Positions 1 to 10,550 of a stretch of DNA of 64,000 nucleotides are shown here, piece by piece. Position 1 is the first letter of the stretch; the number at the start of each line of letters is the position of its first letter. A program made the position numbers and the translations under genes. The DNA comes from a virus (lineage: Duplodnaviria > Heunggongvirae > Uroviricota > Caudoviricetes), in the IMG/VR virus record IMGVR_UViG_3300031647_000750, positions 64,025 to 128,024 of that record. One strand, given 5' to 3'. The notes below the pieces were generated by a model. That model was not told where the DNA came from. It did no database searches and worked only from the letters and a program-made list of their open reading frames with translations.

Positions 1-26
1 AGCGTCATTTTATTTTTAGTTATGTA

Positions 27-290
27 GTGAGTGAGTATAATTTTAAAGAAATGATACAAGCAATGGAAATAATTGATGACATTACGAAAGATATGATAGG
101 AACTTTTATTATTAATTTTAGACAACATGTATATTGGGAAACAGGTGCATTCACACAAGAGCGTGTAACTGCTATTAGTGTATTTGATCCGTTGCACTTG
201 CAACACAACGAATTTTTAGAACAACTAGACATTATAAACGCACATCAACATGTGTCGCATAATTTCCATCATTTATTAAAGGAAGTATAG
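27..290 (+). CDS. hypothetical protein
   Basis: 87-aa ORF with GTG start, abutting the next gene; no recognised motif. Confidence 0.6.
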   Translation: MSEYNFKEMIQAMEIIDDITKDMIGTFIINFRQHVYWETGAFTQERVTAISVFDPLHLQHNEFLEQLDIINAHQHVSHNFHHLLKEV

Positions 291-291
291 T

Positions 292-810
292 ATGACACTA
301 TTAACAAGCAACCACATGATAGGTAAGCAACCAACACAATTAATTAAACCTGACAAGGTAAACTTAATAATGATTATATGTAATCATTGTCCCTATGTAC
401 TGTTTAGGATGCCTGCTATTAGTCAGATCGTCAAAGACTACAAAGATCAAGTAAACATTGTAGCAGTGAACAGCAATGACGCAAGTCCAACAACAGATGA
501 TAGCAGTATGGAAGATGCTCCAGAATTAATGCCAGCATTTATAGAACGATGGGATTTGCAATGTGATTATGTATTTGATGAAGATCAAAGTATTGCACGC
601 GAGTATGATGCAGTATGTACACCAGAGTTTTATATAGTCAATGAAGAAGGCGTGATTGTATACCACGGAGAATTAGATCCTAGTCATACCTCTAATAGAC
701 TAATGCCGACGGGCAGTAGTGTTAGGCATGCACTAGACTTGACATTGGTTGGTAAACCGATTAACTGGAAACCTACTCCAAGTTTTGGTTGTAGTGTTAA
801 GTGGAAGTAG
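292..810 (+). CDS. thioredoxin-fold redoxin (AhpC/TSA, PRX-like family)
   Basis: CNHCPYV CxxC motif, AVNSND, A.CTPEFY, Y.GELD, GCSVKW C-terminus typical of PRX-like1 thioredoxin family. Confidence 0.85.
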   Translation: MTLLTSNHMIGKQPTQLIKPDKVNLIMIICNHCPYVLFRMPAISQIVKDYKDQVNIVAVNSNDASPTTDDSSMEDAPELMPAFIERWDLQCDYVFDEDQSIAREYDAVCTPEFYIVNEEGVIVYHGELDPSHTSNRLMPTGSSVRHALDLTLVGKPINWKPTPSFGCSVKWK

Positions 811-814
811 TAAC

Positions 815-2041
815 ATGAATAAGATATGCACACATGCATGGAAAGGTTTACATATAACTCCTAGTAGTGACGTTACCATGTGTTGCAAACAAAAAAGACA
901 ACTACCGTATCATACCGACTTGGTATCTAGAGACAACCGTATACACGATATACGACACAGTGAAAACTGGAATAAAGTAAGACAGAGTATGCTAGACGGC
1001 GAAGAACACGACAGTTGTAAAATGTGTTGGGACGATGAAAAAGATGGTATCACGAGTCTACGTCAAAATTCTAATAAATCTCACAGTGATTATTACGCAG
1101 AAATTCTTAACAATAACAGCGCAGAACTTATCGATGACCGATTAGGCATAGTTGATATTAGGCAGTCTAATATATGTAACATGAAATGTTTAAGTTGCTC
1201 GCCTAGGTTTAGCAGTCTATGGAATTTAGAATCATTAAAACACGATACTAAATTTACTCAACACTTGCCCGGAACTAATGTAAAGAACAACGGTGTATTA
1301 GAAGTAAACACGGATTACATTAGCGATGATATTATGGAAAATATACCATATATTAACGAGTTTTATTTTGCTGGCGGTGAGCCAATGCTTAATAAAATAC
1401 ATTGGGATATTCTCGAAGAACTAGATAGACTAGGCAGATATGATGTGAAAATTGTATACAACACAAACCTATTAAAACTAGAGTATAAAGGCAAACACAT
1501 TTTTGATTATTGGGATAAATTCACAAATTGGCACGCCGGCATCAGCATTGATGCAATTGGTGCAAGGGGCGAATATGTAAGAACTGGCACAAAATGGGAT
1601 ATATTAGATCACAATATTTCACTTGCATCTAAATATTACAAAGATAAAATAAACCTTGATGTTACTGTAAGTGCGCTAAATTTAGGAGGACTGGTTGATG
1701 TATTAGAATACACTAAGTCAAAGTCTATTGACAAAATTGTATTCACTAATTTTGTATACATGCCACAATGGATGAATACATATAATTTGCCATTGCACTA
1801 TAGACAACAAATAGTAAACGATATACAACAATTTATTGATCAGCAGACAAACTCTGAGTTTCTCAGATTTTTAAATAATAGTTTTAGCAACTTCAAAATA
1901 AAAATGAACCAAAGCCAGAGATTTGATCTCAATGAAGAGTATGGATTTAAAGAGTTTATCAAAACGCATGATAAAATAAGAGGCACCAATATATTTGAGA
2001 GTTGTCCAGAATTTATCGACTTATGGGATGATATTAAATGA
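815..2041 (+). CDS. radical SAM protein with N-terminal SPASM/twitch-like Cys cluster
   Basis: CNMKCLSC (CxxxCxxC), FAGGEPM, YNTNL, SIDAIG; N-terminal C..W...CC...C..CW; start taken at ATG 815. Confidence 0.85.
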   Translation: MNKICTHAWKGLHITPSSDVTMCCKQKRQLPYHTDLVSRDNRIHDIRHSENWNKVRQSMLDGEEHDSCKMCWDDEKDGITSLRQNSNKSHSDYYAEILNNNSAELIDDRLGIVDIRQSNICNMKCLSCSPRFSSLWNLESLKHDTKFTQHLPGTNVKNNGVLEVNTDYISDDIMENIPYINEFYFAGGEPMLNKIHWDILEELDRLGRYDVKIVYNTNLLKLEYKGKHIFDYWDKFTNWHAGISIDAIGARGEYVRTGTKWDILDHNISLASKYYKDKINLDVTVSALNLGGLVDVLEYTKSKSIDKIVFTNFVYMPQWMNTYNLPLHYRQQIVNDIQQFIDQQTNSEFLRFLNNSFSNFKIKMNQSQRFDLNEEYGFKEFIKTHDKIRGTNIFESCPEFIDLWDDIK

Positions 2042-2832
2042 ATATAGGCATAATTGGAAGCGAAGGTATCGTAGGATCAGCATTGCGTGCTGGATTTAAT
2101 CGTCTGGGATTCTCGGTGACTAGTTACGACATACTACTTAATCAGCCTATATCAAACATGTTATACACTGAAATAGTATACATATGTGTCCCAACACCAT
2201 CGCACGAAGACGGTAGTTGCAATACAGATATAGTAGAATCAGTTGTAGATGATTTGTATAAACTAGAATACAAGGGTGTCATCGCAATAAAAAGCACTGT
2301 GGGACCTGGAACAACACAGCGTCTTATAGATAAACACAATGATCAGATAGTATTTGTACCAGAATTTCTCAAAGAACGCAGTGCAGAATACGACTTCGTA
2401 TTCAATCATCGCTTACTATTAGTAGGTACACATAATGTTAATCACTATTATCTAGTGCAGTGTACGCACGGACAGTATCCACAAGACTCTATGAGAGTAA
2501 CACCAGTTGAAGCAGAGATGATGAAGTACTATTGGAATACATTCAACGCTACTCGCATAACCTTTGCTAATGTATTCTATGAGATATGTCAAGCGAACGG
2601 GGCAGAGTATGATCGAGTTAAAGAAGCATTCCTACGAAGCAGTGACATGCCAGACGAATACCTAGACGTTAAGCCTGAGTTACGAGGATACGGCGGTGCA
2701 TGTTTACCAAAAGATGTTAAGGCAACACAGCGACTATGTGATCAACATAGTCTACCATTAAAGTTCTTTGAAGCAATAGATGAGACTAATGATCTATTCC
2801 ACGCCACTGTGTTTGATGGCATGAGGAAATGA
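2038..2832 (+). CDS. UDP-glucose/GDP-mannose dehydrogenase family protein (short, no C-terminal domain)
   Basis: GIIGSEGIVG Rossmann motif, CVPTP, IKSTVGPG, PEFLKE, K...N, GYGGACLPKD catalytic Cys. Confidence 0.85.
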   Translation: MNIGIIGSEGIVGSALRAGFNRLGFSVTSYDILLNQPISNMLYTEIVYICVPTPSHEDGSCNTDIVESVVDDLYKLEYKGVIAIKSTVGPGTTQRLIDKHNDQIVFVPEFLKERSAEYDFVFNHRLLLVGTHNVNHYYLVQCTHGQYPQDSMRVTPVEAEMMKYYWNTFNATRITFANVFYEICQANGAEYDRVKEAFLRSSDMPDEYLDVKPELRGYGGACLPKDVKATQRLCDQHSLPLKFFEAIDETNDLFHATVFDGMRK

Positions 2833-3731
2833 AATTAAGGTTGGCATTGTCGAATGGTGAATATTTATATATTGATCTGGTTGACGATGATTGGATACAT
2901 CAATGGGCAAAAAAGATCACAACATTAGAATTAGATATCACGGAGCATGTAGCACTTGGGTCTATTTGTAATACAGACCACAATGTACTATTCGATTGTA
3001 TCGATAACTTTATATGCGTACTCAACGAAGAACTTTCTAATTTAGGAATAACCGTACCAGATTTTTTGCCAACTGCAATAGATCTCAAAAAATTAGATTC
3101 ACGTGATATACAAATGCATTTAAATCGTATTCATCGCTGGCTTGTTTTTATGATGTTTAGAAAATCTTATATAGTAAATAACCAAGATTATATACCCAAT
3201 AATATTAATGAACTATTTGAAACACAATATGATAATATGATGACTACGTTATTAAAGTTAAATCAATTAGTACATGCAATTGAAAGCAATTACACTAGTC
3301 CTGGGACAGACACATTCCCTGGCAATCAACATCAACATCCATATTGGGATCAAGCATTTAAGGGCGATGATGTAATTTCATTAGCAGCAGATGCGCCACT
3401 TGAGCGCATGTTATCTACAAACAATCATGATGTGTGGTTAGCAAAGCGAATACTAGGCAAAGACTTTAGAGAATGCTGGCTTGACAATGATGATCCGTCA
3501 TACGAAGATATTACCAATATAGGTGAGATATTGCATTATGCATTTGAAGTTGACCCACTTAATAATTTAGATGACTTCTACAACAGTGAGCAATTCGCTT
3601 CATGGATGAAGCAGTACGGACGTGATATAAATAATATAGGAAGAATACCAATTGGAAATATTATAGACATGCCAGATAATATATATGAAATAATGCAATG
3701 TTGCACCATAGAAAAGATAGAGATAATATGA
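2829..3731 (+). CDS. hypothetical protein
   Basis: 300-aa ORF with ATGA overlaps to both neighbours. Confidence 0.7.
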   Translation: MKLRLALSNGEYLYIDLVDDDWIHQWAKKITTLELDITEHVALGSICNTDHNVLFDCIDNFICVLNEELSNLGITVPDFLPTAIDLKKLDSRDIQMHLNRIHRWLVFMMFRKSYIVNNQDYIPNNINELFETQYDNMMTTLLKLNQLVHAIESNYTSPGTDTFPGNQHQHPYWDQAFKGDDVISLAADAPLERMLSTNNHDVWLAKRILGKDFRECWLDNDDPSYEDITNIGEILHYAFEVDPLNNLDDFYNSEQFASWMKQYGRDINNIGRIPIGNIIDMPDNIYEIMQCCTIEKIEII

Positions 3732-4102
3732 ATGTAGTAACAGTAATGAAACCAGATGTATTCACTGACTCAAGAGGAACTATACAAAGTTTCTATCCAG
3801 ACGAGAACATAGTCGAATACAATCTAATGATCACAAAGAAAGATGATGAACGTGGATACCATTATCATCCTCACTTCATAGAGTACATGCTAGTAGTAGA
3901 AGGCGAGTGCTTGTTTAAAGAATATAGCGATGAGGTATACGAAACTGTTTTAACAGTAGGTGACAGTATTAGAATACCAAAGCACACACCTCATACATTT
4001 GTGGCACTCACAGACTTCAAGTTTGTTAGTATGCTTACACAACGATGGAACGACAGCCATCCTCCAATAATAAAGGTAGACAAAAATGGAAAGTCCATTT
4101 AG
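3728..4102 (+). CDS. cupin-domain protein (sugar epimerase/isomerase-like, RmlC/WxcM-like)
   Basis: DSRG, RGYHYHP..EY.LVVEG and IPKHTPHTF cupin motifs. Confidence 0.75.
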   Translation: MNVVTVMKPDVFTDSRGTIQSFYPDENIVEYNLMITKKDDERGYHYHPHFIEYMLVVEGECLFKEYSDEVYETVLTVGDSIRIPKHTPHTFVALTDFKFVSMLTQRWNDSHPPIIKVDKNGKSI

Positions 4103-4694
4103 ATTCGTACACAAATTTGAAGAGCAGATTGCAGAATACACCGGCGCTAAGTATGCTATAGCAACCGACTGTTGTACTCATGCATTGTTCCTCAGTCTGT
4201 ATTACTATAAACAACAGAGCGATATCACCACTGTGACATTGCCAAAGAACACCTATATCAGTGTGGCAATGCAATGCAAGCATCTAGGATTAGATGTAGA
4301 GTTTGTTGACAAAGAGTGGAAAGGATGCTATACTATAGGGAATACCAATGTAGTTGATGCTGCTCCTAGACTTAGGAGAGGTCAGTATGAACCTGGCACA
4401 AATACATGTCTAAGTTTTCAGTTTAAGAAGATACTCAGCACAGTACGAGGAGGCATGATACTCACTAACGACATAGACTTCTACAACTGGGCACAACGTG
4501 CTACACATGATGGTAGAGATATGAGTGTACCATATGAACAAGACAACATTACATTCGCTGGTTGGCATTACTTTATGACACCAGAGACAGCACAAATGGG
4601 ATTAGCAAAACTACGTTACCTGCCAGACTACAATGAAGATTGTGCAGGTAGTGAAACTTATCCAGATATAAGTTATACAACGGATTTTAAATAA
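4086..4694 (+). CDS. DegT/DnrJ/EryC1/StrS family PLP aminotransferase (compact)
   Basis: FEEQIAEYTGAKYAIATDCCTHAL, VVDAA, SFQFKK catalytic Lys, GGMILTND. Confidence 0.85.
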   Translation: MESPFRFVHKFEEQIAEYTGAKYAIATDCCTHALFLSLYYYKQQSDITTVTLPKNTYISVAMQCKHLGLDVEFVDKEWKGCYTIGNTNVVDAAPRLRRGQYEPGTNTCLSFQFKKILSTVRGGMILTNDIDFYNWAQRATHDGRDMSVPYEQDNITFAGWHYFMTPETAQMGLAKLRYLPDYNEDCAGSETYPDISYTTDFK

Positions 4695-5218
4695 TGACCA
4701 CTGGAATTATAAACGGCACACCTATACATGACGATAATAAAATGTATATACATGCTAGAACAAAATTCACACAAATTTATGCAGTTGATATGGCAACACA
4801 TGGTATACATGTTGATTACGAACATGAGATAGAAGATATAGCAATTCGTTTCGTAGAATTTACTAAAAAAAATAAGTTCGTGAATCAGGTTATATCACAG
4901 AACGGATTAGTTCAAAGCAAATATCCAGTACGAGATCATCTTGAAATATTTAACATACATACTGACTTTCAAATAAGTCCAGTAACAATACCCAACCTTA
5001 TTCTAGTATTTGGTATTCATACTGAGATGTGTGTGTTAGATCACGCAGAGGCTATTAAACAACGTTTCCCAAACACACAAGTACTAATACTAAGTGACTT
5101 TTGTGCATCAAAACACGAGGGTGGATATGCATTATTTAATTACTGCCTGCGATCTAGGCGTATAGATTTTGTAGATTCTAGTAAGATGGTAATAATAAAC
5201 GAAGATTACGATTTATAA
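4694..5218 (+). CDS. cysteine hydrolase / isochorismatase-like protein
   Basis: AVDM and LVFGIHTEMCVLDHA (G..T..CV) motifs, ILSDFCAS. Confidence 0.55.
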   Translation: MTTGIINGTPIHDDNKMYIHARTKFTQIYAVDMATHGIHVDYEHEIEDIAIRFVEFTKKNKFVNQVISQNGLVQSKYPVRDHLEIFNIHTDFQISPVTIPNLILVFGIHTEMCVLDHAEAIKQRFPNTQVLILSDFCASKHEGGYALFNYCLRSRRIDFVDSSKMVIINEDYDL

Positions 5219-5227
5219 AGGATTAAA

Positions 5228-6424
5228 ATGAGACAAGTAAAGAAAGTAGATGAATGTCGCAGTTGCGGCACTGATAGTATGAATACCGTATTTGACATAG
5301 GCGATCTAAAGATCAATGCGTTCACAGTAGAACCAAATACAGATGTAGGAAATGCCCCACTTACATTGGTGCATTGTCACGTATGTGATTTAATACAACT
5401 AGACCACACTGTACGAGAACAAGAACTATACGAAAACTATTGGTACTTGTCAAGGCTCAATCAAAAGATCGTAGATAACTTGAGCAACATAGTAGATGAC
5501 ATCGCCAACGAAGTAGGACTAAACAAAGACGACATAGTATTAGACATCGGTGCTAACGATGGTACACTGCTAAGTAATTACGACAGTAAAAAAGTCACAC
5601 GAGTAGGATGTGATCCCGCAAAGAATATACATCTTGATTTAGTAAAGCATACAGATATCATGATAGGTGACTTCTTCAACTACGATAATTGGGTGTCGCG
5701 CGTAGGTATAAAAACCGCACGCGCTATCACTACCGTTGCTATGTTCTATGACTTAGATGATCCCAATAGTTTCGTACAAGACATTAAGAAAGTATTAGCG
5801 ACTGATGGTGTATGGTTATGTCAATTAATGACAGCAGAACCTATGTTAGCAAGCAACGATCTAGGCAACGTGATACATGAGCATATAGAGTATTATAGTT
5901 TCAAGAGCCTTGTTGTATTAATGGAACGTCACGGACTAGAGATATACAAAGTACTAGAGAATGATATCAATGGCGGCAGTTATCAACTATACATTAGACA
6001 TTACACAACTGGTAGCATTGAATACGCAGAAGATATTACACCAGAACGCATCTCTAAGTGGGCAGGTAATATTGCACAAAACAGAGATGATACAGTAGAC
6101 TTTCTGCGTAAAGTAGTTAACGAAGGTAAGCGCGTATACATCATGGGTGCTAGTACCAAAGGCAATACCATCATGCAGTATTACGGATTAGACAGTGAAC
6201 TAATCGCCGGAGCAGCAGAGATACATCCTGATAAGATAGGTAAGTATCTAGTAGGTAGTAGTATACCTATTGTACATGAGGATGATGCAAAGATAGATGC
6301 TGATTACTTCTTAGTGTTCCCATTCCACTTCAAAGACTTATTCGTTAATCGTATCATGAAAGATTGGATAGCAGATGGTGGTAAGTTAATATTCTGTACA
6401 CCACAGTTTGAGGTAATAGGTTAA
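5228..6424 (+). CDS. NDP-hexose C-methyltransferase (class I SAM MTase with Zn-binding N-terminus)
   Basis: CRSCG...C..C.LIQL Zn site, LDIGANDG, HEHIEYYS, GGS, GASTKGNT, K.GKY C-terminal domain. Confidence 0.9.
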   Translation: MRQVKKVDECRSCGTDSMNTVFDIGDLKINAFTVEPNTDVGNAPLTLVHCHVCDLIQLDHTVREQELYENYWYLSRLNQKIVDNLSNIVDDIANEVGLNKDDIVLDIGANDGTLLSNYDSKKVTRVGCDPAKNIHLDLVKHTDIMIGDFFNYDNWVSRVGIKTARAITTVAMFYDLDDPNSFVQDIKKVLATDGVWLCQLMTAEPMLASNDLGNVIHEHIEYYSFKSLVVLMERHGLEIYKVLENDINGGSYQLYIRHYTTGSIEYAEDITPERISKWAGNIAQNRDDTVDFLRKVVNEGKRVYIMGASTKGNTIMQYYGLDSELIAGAAEIHPDKIGKYLVGSSIPIVHEDDAKIDADYFLVFPFHFKDLFVNRIMKDWIADGGKLIFCTPQFEVIG

Positions 6425-7650
6425 TGAACATAGGATTTATAGGAACTGGCAAACTTGGAATGCCCTGCGCAGAAGCAATCGCCAAGAAAGGACATGACGT
6501 AACTGGCTACGATGTCGCAAATCATACAAGTGAGTTTGTTGAAATGCATAGTACTATCGCAGATGCAGTACACAACAGAGACATTGTATTTGTTGCAGTA
6601 CCCACGCCTCATGATAGTGAATACGATGGTCGCGCACCAACTGCACATTTAACACCAAAGGACTTTAGATACGATATTGTATCTAGCGTGTTAGAAGAAG
6701 CAAATAAACATATGACAAAGAATCAATTATTGGTTCTCATTAGTACGGTACTGCCTGGAACTGTTCGTAAACAATTCGTAGACCTTGTACCCAACACGCG
6801 TTTCATATATAACCCTTACTTAATTGCAATGGGAAGTGTCGCATGGGACATGGTTAATCCAGAAATGGTTATGATCGGCACAGCAGATGGAAGCACTACT
6901 GGTGATGCAAGTATGCTAGTTGACTTCTACAAGACTATTATGGAAAATGATCCTCGCTATGAGATCGGTACATGGGATGAATGCGAATGCATAAAAGTGT
7001 TTTACAATACATTCATTAGTGCCAAGATAGGTCTTGTCAACATGATACAAGATGTGGCACAAAAACAAGGTAACATTAATGTAGATGTAGTAACTAATGC
7101 ACTTGCTGCAAGTACTATGCGTATCATGGGTCCCCAATATATGAAGGCTGGCATGGGAGATGGCGGTGGGTGTCATCCACGCGACAATATCGCACTACGT
7201 TATATGGCAGACGAATTAAACTTAGGATATGATCTATTTGACAGTATAATGGCTGCAAGAGAAATACAGGCGAAGAACATTGCGTTGGAATTAGTGAAAT
7301 ATGCAGAGCAAGAAAAGATGCAAATTGTCATACATGGCAAGGCGTACAAGCCCAACGTAGAGTATTGTGATGGTAGTTATAGTTTACTGATTGGACATTA
7401 CTGTATAGAGGCTGGACATCAACCAGTGTATGTAGATCCGTTAACATGCGATGAATATAATCCAATTCAACCATGCGTGTTCTTATTGGCACATAGTGCT
7501 AGTACTACATATCAATATACTGGTGAAAATATTATAGATGTATTATATTGTGATGTACCAAATGGTAGTATCATAATTGATCCATGGCGTTCATATGTTA
7601 ATAAAGATTGTAAGGTAATACACTATGGGAACACTAGAAATGAAAGGTAG
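6424..7650 (+). CDS. ugd: UDP-glucose 6-dehydrogenase family
   Basis: GFIGTGKLG, VAVPTP, STVLPG, YNP, K..YN, GDGGGCHPRD, G.AYKPN. Confidence 0.9.
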   Translation: MNIGFIGTGKLGMPCAEAIAKKGHDVTGYDVANHTSEFVEMHSTIADAVHNRDIVFVAVPTPHDSEYDGRAPTAHLTPKDFRYDIVSSVLEEANKHMTKNQLLVLISTVLPGTVRKQFVDLVPNTRFIYNPYLIAMGSVAWDMVNPEMVMIGTADGSTTGDASMLVDFYKTIMENDPRYEIGTWDECECIKVFYNTFISAKIGLVNMIQDVAQKQGNINVDVVTNALAASTMRIMGPQYMKAGMGDGGGCHPRDNIALRYMADELNLGYDLFDSIMAAREIQAKNIALELVKYAEQEKMQIVIHGKAYKPNVEYCDGSYSLLIGHYCIEAGHQPVYVDPLTCDEYNPIQPCVFLLAHSASTTYQYTGENIIDVLYCDVPNGSIIIDPWRSYVNKDCKVIHYGNTRNER

Positions 7651-8362
7651 AATATTTACATTTGGTTGCAGTTTTACACACTATCATTGGCACACTTGGG
7701 CAGATATAATAAATTTTGATTTAGATAATGAATTTCAGAATTGGGGCGTAAGTGGTATTGGCAATGTTTCTATATTGCACAAGATGCTTGAGTGTGACCT
7801 AAAACATAAGTTCAATTCTAATGATATTATATTAGTAAATTGGAGTTCGTGGCATAGAGAAGATAGAATATCAATTGGCGGGAACTGGATGTGTGGTGGG
7901 AACATTTTTAATAATCCTACCTTTGACAAATCATTTATTGATACGTATTGGAATGAACACAATGATATTGTAAAAAATACATCTGCTATAATAATGGCAA
8001 ACAAAATGTTTAATATAAATTTTCAGAGTCACATGACAGACTTTGATACTTATAAAGATATATCAGATAATTATAAATATCTTTTTGATAACTTACCTAA
8101 TACAGTTATTTTTGATATTACTAATAATTCTAAGTTTAATAACAAAACATGGGATGCTCATCCAGATGTTATATGTCATCTCAATCACGTTAGTACAATA
8201 TACAATAGTCTTGACTTAACAATAAATCCAGCAACCGTTGATCATTTTAATAAATTACAAGAATATATAGTAACTGAATTAACCGACGCTGGCATTAATA
8301 TGTCGTGGGATGAAAAAAGCAAATTCTTTATAGAACTATTAGGTCGCAACAGCACTTTTTAA
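7640..8362 (+). CDS. SGNH/GDSL-like hypothetical protein
   Basis: FTFGCSFT block I-like, NWGVSGIGN block II-like, DAHP near the C-terminus. Confidence 0.5.
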   Translation: MKGRIFTFGCSFTHYHWHTWADIINFDLDNEFQNWGVSGIGNVSILHKMLECDLKHKFNSNDIILVNWSSWHREDRISIGGNWMCGGNIFNNPTFDKSFIDTYWNEHNDIVKNTSAIIMANKMFNINFQSHMTDFDTYKDISDNYKYLFDNLPNTVIFDITNNSKFNNKTWDAHPDVICHLNHVSTIYNSLDLTINPATVDHFNKLQEYIVTELTDAGINMSWDEKSKFFIELLGRNSTF

Positions 8363-8374
8363 GCATTTCTAGCC

Positions 8375-9319
8375 TCACTGTAATATATCTGACTGGGAGA
8401 ATGGTTTATCAGTTGTCCATGACACCATGTTATTCTCAAAGGCTTCAATGCTATTATATGGATTTATCATATCCCCGAACTCTCTAACGAGAGTATACCC
8501 TATCGAACGAGTCGGTGTCCCCGTCCAGGTCCCATTGGCGTTCCCATGTTTGTCAAAGCAAGGATAATTAGCAACTGGAATGTTTGATTTCCTAGTGATT
8601 AATCCAAGTCCCTCATGTCCGCCACGATTATTTCTATCTGGATAAATGTGTGTTTTTTTATTAGTTGCGAATTGCTGATCATTAGTGAGCAATAGTGAAT
8701 TAGATGCGACCAAATCCATTGTCATGCTACTGCCAAAGAAGAATATATCGTTCCATGCTACTTTTGGTGCATATGTGTTCTTGCGTCTTATATCTACTCT
8801 GGGTGTAAACATCCACGAGTCTCCTTCATTTCCAAATATATCAAATTTTGTATTTATGAATTCCGTATTGTGCCACTCAATGTAATGATCTAGGTAGGTT
8901 GACATATTAGGGTGGAATAATACATCGTATCTAGTTACAAATACTACGTCATATTGCATATCATTATTAACTTCGTAGTTACTCTTCAACATGATTGATT
9001 CACATATTTGACTAAACAGTAGTGGACCACTGCTCTCAAAGCCCCTACGAAGATCGACCTCGTACTCAACGATTAGGGTGTCTTTGGGATTATACATTGA
9101 TAACATGTCGGTTAGATATTCAGTATCTATCTTGGTGATGTCATCCCTTGATCTGTTATACTTAGTCTGATAATAATTATCATAATCCTTTGAAGCGCAA
9201 AAGAAATCTACATTAACGCCTTTGGTATTCTTGAAGAATTCTAGTGTATTAGGAGCGCAAAATTCTCCAGTACCGAATCGTCCATACAAGCAAACTGCTA
9301 TGTTCCTTATATCATTCAT
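8375..9319 (-). CDS. putative glycosyltransferase-like protein (K-I-A-x-C-x-x-G family)
   Basis: IAVCLYGR N-terminus, TRYDVLF, NDIFFFG; related to the paralogs at 12821 and 22595-26210. Confidence 0.5.
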   Translation of the reverse strand: MNDIRNIAVCLYGRFGTGEFCAPNTLEFFKNTKGVNVDFFCASKDYDNYYQTKYNRSRDDITKIDTEYLTDMLSMYNPKDTLIVEYEVDLRRGFESSGPLLFSQICESIMLKSNYEVNNDMQYDVVFVTRYDVLFHPNMSTYLDHYIEWHNTEFINTKFDIFGNEGDSWMFTPRVDIRRKNTYAPKVAWNDIFFFGSSMTMDLVASNSLLLTNDQQFATNKKTHIYPDRNNRGGHEGLGLITRKSNIPVANYPCFDKHGNANGTWTGTPTRSIGYTLVREFGDMINPYNSIEAFENNMVSWTTDKPFSQSDILQ

Positions 9320-9768
9320 TTATTTACCTTTAAAAAATCTGATTGTCTCACAGTAATATTCTGGTACTCAAGTATTCTACTTAGAAAAAAGATCTGATTC
9401 TGTTGATCCAACATTGTGGTTGTTATCTCACGCCAATTACTCATGAGTCTAAAGAACACACTATATTCGCAGACAAAATTATCAAAGCATCTTCCCTGGA
9501 TCTCATTCCTGATAAGATCTCGTTCTGTCAGTTGTTCGAAATAGATAACATCATAGTCTACCTCTAGTTCAGATACTATGTTCATATCAACCAGATCAGT
9601 GTTACATGTTCCGTACACTGTAACATTGCGTGCTGACAGTCTATCGTAACCATGTTGTTCATATAACTTAACAGCATTAACCCAATGCTTTTTAAAAATG
9701 TCACATACGGCAGCATTGCCAGTTAGTGTAGTATCTGGTGTTATATTAGAATATATTATCATACTCAT
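9316..9768 (-). CDS. hypothetical protein
   Basis: ATGA overlap with the downstream gene; start placed at 9768 to avoid the divergent gene. Confidence 0.55.
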   Translation of the reverse strand: MSMIIYSNITPDTTLTGNAAVCDIFKKHWVNAVKLYEQHGYDRLSARNVTVYGTCNTDLVDMNIVSELEVDYDVIYFEQLTERDLIRNEIQGRCFDNFVCEYSVFFRLMSNWREITTTMLDQQNQIFFLSRILEYQNITVRQSDFLKVNK

Positions 9769-9808
9769 ATTTATTCTAGAATAAATACATACTATAGAGG
9801 AAGTAACT

Positions 9809-10501
9809 ATGAAACTAATAATGCCTATGGCGGGTATGGGCAGTCGCTTTGAAGAAAAAATTAAACCATTAGTCGATGTTAATGGTGTACCTATGTTCGT
9901 TAATAGCGAGAGATGTCTAAAGATGGAATTCGACGAATATATCTTCATCACTCGTATAGAACATAATCTAAAAGAAATAATACATCAGTACTATCCAAAT
10001 GCTCATGTAATCGAAATAGACTATACCACAGAAGGTACAGCATGTAGTGTAAAGTTAGCACAAGAACACTTCAAAGATGGTAGTAGCATACTAATAAGTA
10101 ATTGCGATCAACACATAGAATGGTCTGGTACAATACCAACAGACGCTGATGTTGCTGTAGCAGTCTTTCACGATCCAGAGAAAAACCCCAAATGGTCTTT
10201 TGCTGAACTAGAAAATGATCGTGTACTCAGAGTAGCAGAGAAAGATCCTATCAGTCATTGGGCTACTGCTGGATGGTATTACTGGAAAGATGGTAGAGAC
10301 TATATCAGTGCAGCAGATGCAATGATTGCAGCAGACGATAGAGTAAACAATGAATTCTATACATGTCCTGTTATCAACTATAGCATACTAGAAGGTAAGC
10401 ATGTAGAATCATTTGAAGTAGACTCTATGCAAGGTACTGGAACACCAGAAGACTTAGCACAGTATCTCGCAAATGGCGGCGCGAGAAAAACAGAAAAATA
10501 G
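9809..10501 (+). CDS. sugar-phosphate nucleotidyltransferase-like (GT-A fold, capsule-locus type)
   Basis: MPMAGMGSRF, KPLVDV, TEGTACSV, NCDQ, VNNEFY.CP, GTPEDL. Confidence 0.85.
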   Translation: MKLIMPMAGMGSRFEEKIKPLVDVNGVPMFVNSERCLKMEFDEYIFITRIEHNLKEIIHQYYPNAHVIEIDYTTEGTACSVKLAQEHFKDGSSILISNCDQHIEWSGTIPTDADVAVAVFHDPEKNPKWSFAELENDRVLRVAEKDPISHWATAGWYYWKDGRDYISAADAMIAADDRVNNEFYTCPVINYSILEGKHVESFEVDSMQGTGTPEDLAQYLANGGARKTEK

Positions 10502-10520
10502 TTTCGCTGGCGAAACTATT

Positions 10521-10550
10521 AGCGACGAAGTCGCTGCTATTTTTTTTTTG
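10521..10550 (+). terminator. rho-independent terminator
   Basis: AGCGAC-GAA-GTCGCT stem followed by a long T run. Confidence 0.7.

Noticed and set aside
749-814. N-terminal extension of the radical SAM ORF from 749
   Set aside because: Overlaps the thioredoxin gene; ATG 815 fits operon spacing
9769-9951. Extension of the minus-strand ORF 9316..9951
   Set aside because: Would overlap the well-supported nucleotidyltransferase head-to-head
10521-10535. N4-type hairpin promoter (C-GAA-G loop)
   Set aside because: Directly followed by a long T-run after a gene end, and the second copy has a different loop; a terminator is simpler
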